DNA of 43,579 nucleotides from a virus: IMG/VR virus record IMGVR_UViG_3300035446_000023, positions 1 to 43,579 of that record; one strand, 5' to 3'. Shown piece by piece: positions 42,400 to 43,579 of this stretch (position 1 is its first letter; each line of letters starts with the position of its first letter). The notes under the pieces were generated by a model. It saw only the letters and a program-made list of their open reading frames with translations, ran no database searches and was not told where the DNA came from. The position numbers and the translations under genes were made by a program.

Positions 42400-42879
42400 A
42401 TGACCCTCTCAGAACTACGGGAGCGAGCCATAGCGCCCGCTCTCGCGCTGCTGCCTGCGCGGATGTCGAGCCGAGAGGCTGAGATCATGTTGCTGGCTAT
42501 CACGCAGCAGGAAGACCCGGAGCAGCGGCGCCGCCAGTGGCCGACCGGCCCGGCCCGCGGGCTGCTGCAATTTGAACAAGGCGGCGGCGTGCGTGGCGTG
42601 CTGAATCATCCGTCGAGCCGCGACCATGCTCGTCGCGTGTGTGCTGCGCGTGGCGTTGCGCCGGAGCCGGCTGCTGTATGGGCTGCGCTTGAGCGTGACG
42701 ACGTGCTGGCGTTCGCCTTCGGTCGGTTGCTGCTCTGGACTGATCCGAAGCCGTTGCCCGAGCCCAATGATGCCGCTGGTGGATGGGAGCTGTACTTGCG
42801 CACCTGGCGGCCTGGAAAGCCTCATCCGGACCGCTGGCCTGCACGATTCGCCGCTGCCGTCCGCGAGGTGATGCGATGA
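42400..42879 (+). CDS. Putative endolysin (SLT/lytic-transglycosylase-like)
   Basis: 159 aa; SREAEIMLLAITQQED...ARGLLQFEQGGG resembles the E...GLMQ pattern. Immediately upstream of Rz/Rz1. Confidence 0.55.
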   Translation: MTLSELRERAIAPALALLPARMSSREAEIMLLAITQQEDPEQRRRQWPTGPARGLLQFEQGGGVRGVLNHPSSRDHARRVCAARGVAPEPAAVWAALERDDVLAFAFGRLLLWTDPKPLPEPNDAAGGWELYLRTWRPGKPHPDRWPARFAAAVREVMR

Positions 42880-43391
42880 TCGCCTGGCTGAAGTTCGTGC
42901 CCGGCTGGGCCTGGTGGGTGGTTGCTCTGGCTGTTGTAGCCGGTGGGCAGCAGGTCCGGGTGCTATCGGCTCAGTCTGTGGCCTCAAAGGCACAGGCCGA
43001 GCTGTCCACCTACCGAACCGAAGTCAGCGAGCGCGACCGCCGCGCTGCGCTGTACGTCATTCAGGAAAACCAGCGGCGACAGGTCGCGACGGAGAAAGCA
43101 GATGCAGAGGCACAGGAACAACTGGCTGCAGCACGTACTGATGCTGAGCGCGCTGATAGTGCTCTTGAGCGCCTGCAGCAGCGCCTCGACGCAGCTGAGC
43201 AGCGCAGTCGTGACGCCGGCAATGCCATCACTGCCCAGCTCGGCAAGGCAGCCGAAGACGCCGCCCGAGTGCGAGCCCACGTGCTCGGCCGGGTTGGAGA
43301 GGCTGCTCAACTCTATGCTGGAGTTGCCGACGAGCGAGGAATAGCTGGGTCGGCGTGTGAGAAAGCGTATGACGCGGTGAGGGTGAATTGA
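42876..43391 (+). CDS. Rz: i-spanin (Rz-like)
   Basis: Start MIAWLKFVPGWAWWVVALAVVAGG (N-terminal TM), followed by a coiled coil. ATG overlaps the endolysin stop. Confidence 0.8.
   Translation: MIAWLKFVPGWAWWVVALAVVAGGQQVRVLSAQSVASKAQAELSTYRTEVSERDRRAALYVIQENQRRQVATEKADAEAQEQLAAARTDAERADSALERLQQRLDAAEQRSRDAGNAITAQLGKAAEDAARVRAHVLGRVGEAAQLYAGVADERGIAGSACEKAYDAVRVN
43102..43344 (+). CDS. Rz1: o-spanin lipoprotein (Rz1-like), embedded in Rz in the +1 frame
   Basis: MQRHRNNWLQHVLMLSALIVLLSAC has the lipobox LSAC and a Pro-rich mature part. GGAGA SD upstream of ATG 43102, alternatively 43141. Confidence 0.75.
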   Translation: MQRHRNNWLQHVLMLSALIVLLSACSSASTQLSSAVVTPAMPSLPSSARQPKTPPECEPTCSAGLERLLNSMLELPTSEE

Positions 43392-43438
43392 GATTGCCCG
43401 GACGGGCTGAGATAGGGGAAATTTCTTCCCCAAAACGC

Positions 43439-43579
43439 AAACGTAAGTGTTTGATTCTGTTGGCGCGGGAGATTGCGCAAAAGAGCGGATTTCTGAGCGT
43501 GAAAACTGGCCGAAAGCCGCGCGGCACTAGGCGTTGAGCCTGATCCGTGCGGCGTCCCAGGCTTTGATTCCGTATAGGC
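43439..43579. repeat. Terminal direct repeat, copy 2
   Basis: Exact copy of nt 1-141. Confidence 0.95.

Larger units (their letters stand above)
1..43579. mobile_element. Complete temperate podovirus genome: lambdoid regulation, BPP-1/AF-like virion module, integrase-bearing
   Basis: Full set of integration, immunity, replication, packaging, virion and lysis genes. Identical 141-nt ends close the circle. Confidence 0.9.

Overview
The window is a complete temperate phage genome. It has 43,438 unique bp, and the first 141 nt recur exactly as the last 141 nt. GC is about 62%, which suggests a Pseudomonas-like proteobacterial host (inference). Regulation is lambdoid; the virion module is podoviral, with T7-type tail tube A/B and internal virion proteins plus a BPP-1/AF-like capsid and cement protein. 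Leftward block (218-12469, minus strand): int, xis, a C5 DNA methyltransferase, a MazG-like/DfrB-like fusion, an exonuclease-RecT-SSB-like recombination module, many small translationally coupled ORFs, a long ORF-poor PL leader and cI. Rightward block (12568-43391, plus strand): cro, Rha/KilAC antirepressor, O-like and DnaC-like replication genes, an HNH-AP2 endonuclease, Nin-region genes and Q. The late operon follows: lambda-S-like holin, TerS/TerL, portal, scaffold, capsid, cement, tail tube A/B, four internal virion proteins, a low-GC two-gene membrane moron, tailspike, endolysin and Rz/Rz1. The observations most worth a second look are as follows. (1) A 264-aa alternative-frame ORF nested in the C5-methyltransferase gene carries the motif-IX-like element that the main frame lacks, resembling the M.EcoHK31I alpha/beta arrangement. 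(2) An R67/DfrB-type (type II, trimethoprim-insensitive) dihydrofolate reductase SH3-like domain is fused to a MazG-like NTP-pyrophosphohydrolase module. (3) That module is duplicated as a 298-bp, ~96% identical repeat 6.3 kb away. (4) A 584-nt ORF-free GC-rich island sits inside the early operon. (5) A ~670-nt untranslated PL leader has an rrn-like boxA, and a (GGAATCA)x7 array lies upstream of PL. (6) A TAACCCCAC junction motif recurs at five early gene ends. No tRNA, rRNA, CRISPR array, reverse transcriptase or recognisable dedicated defence system was seen.
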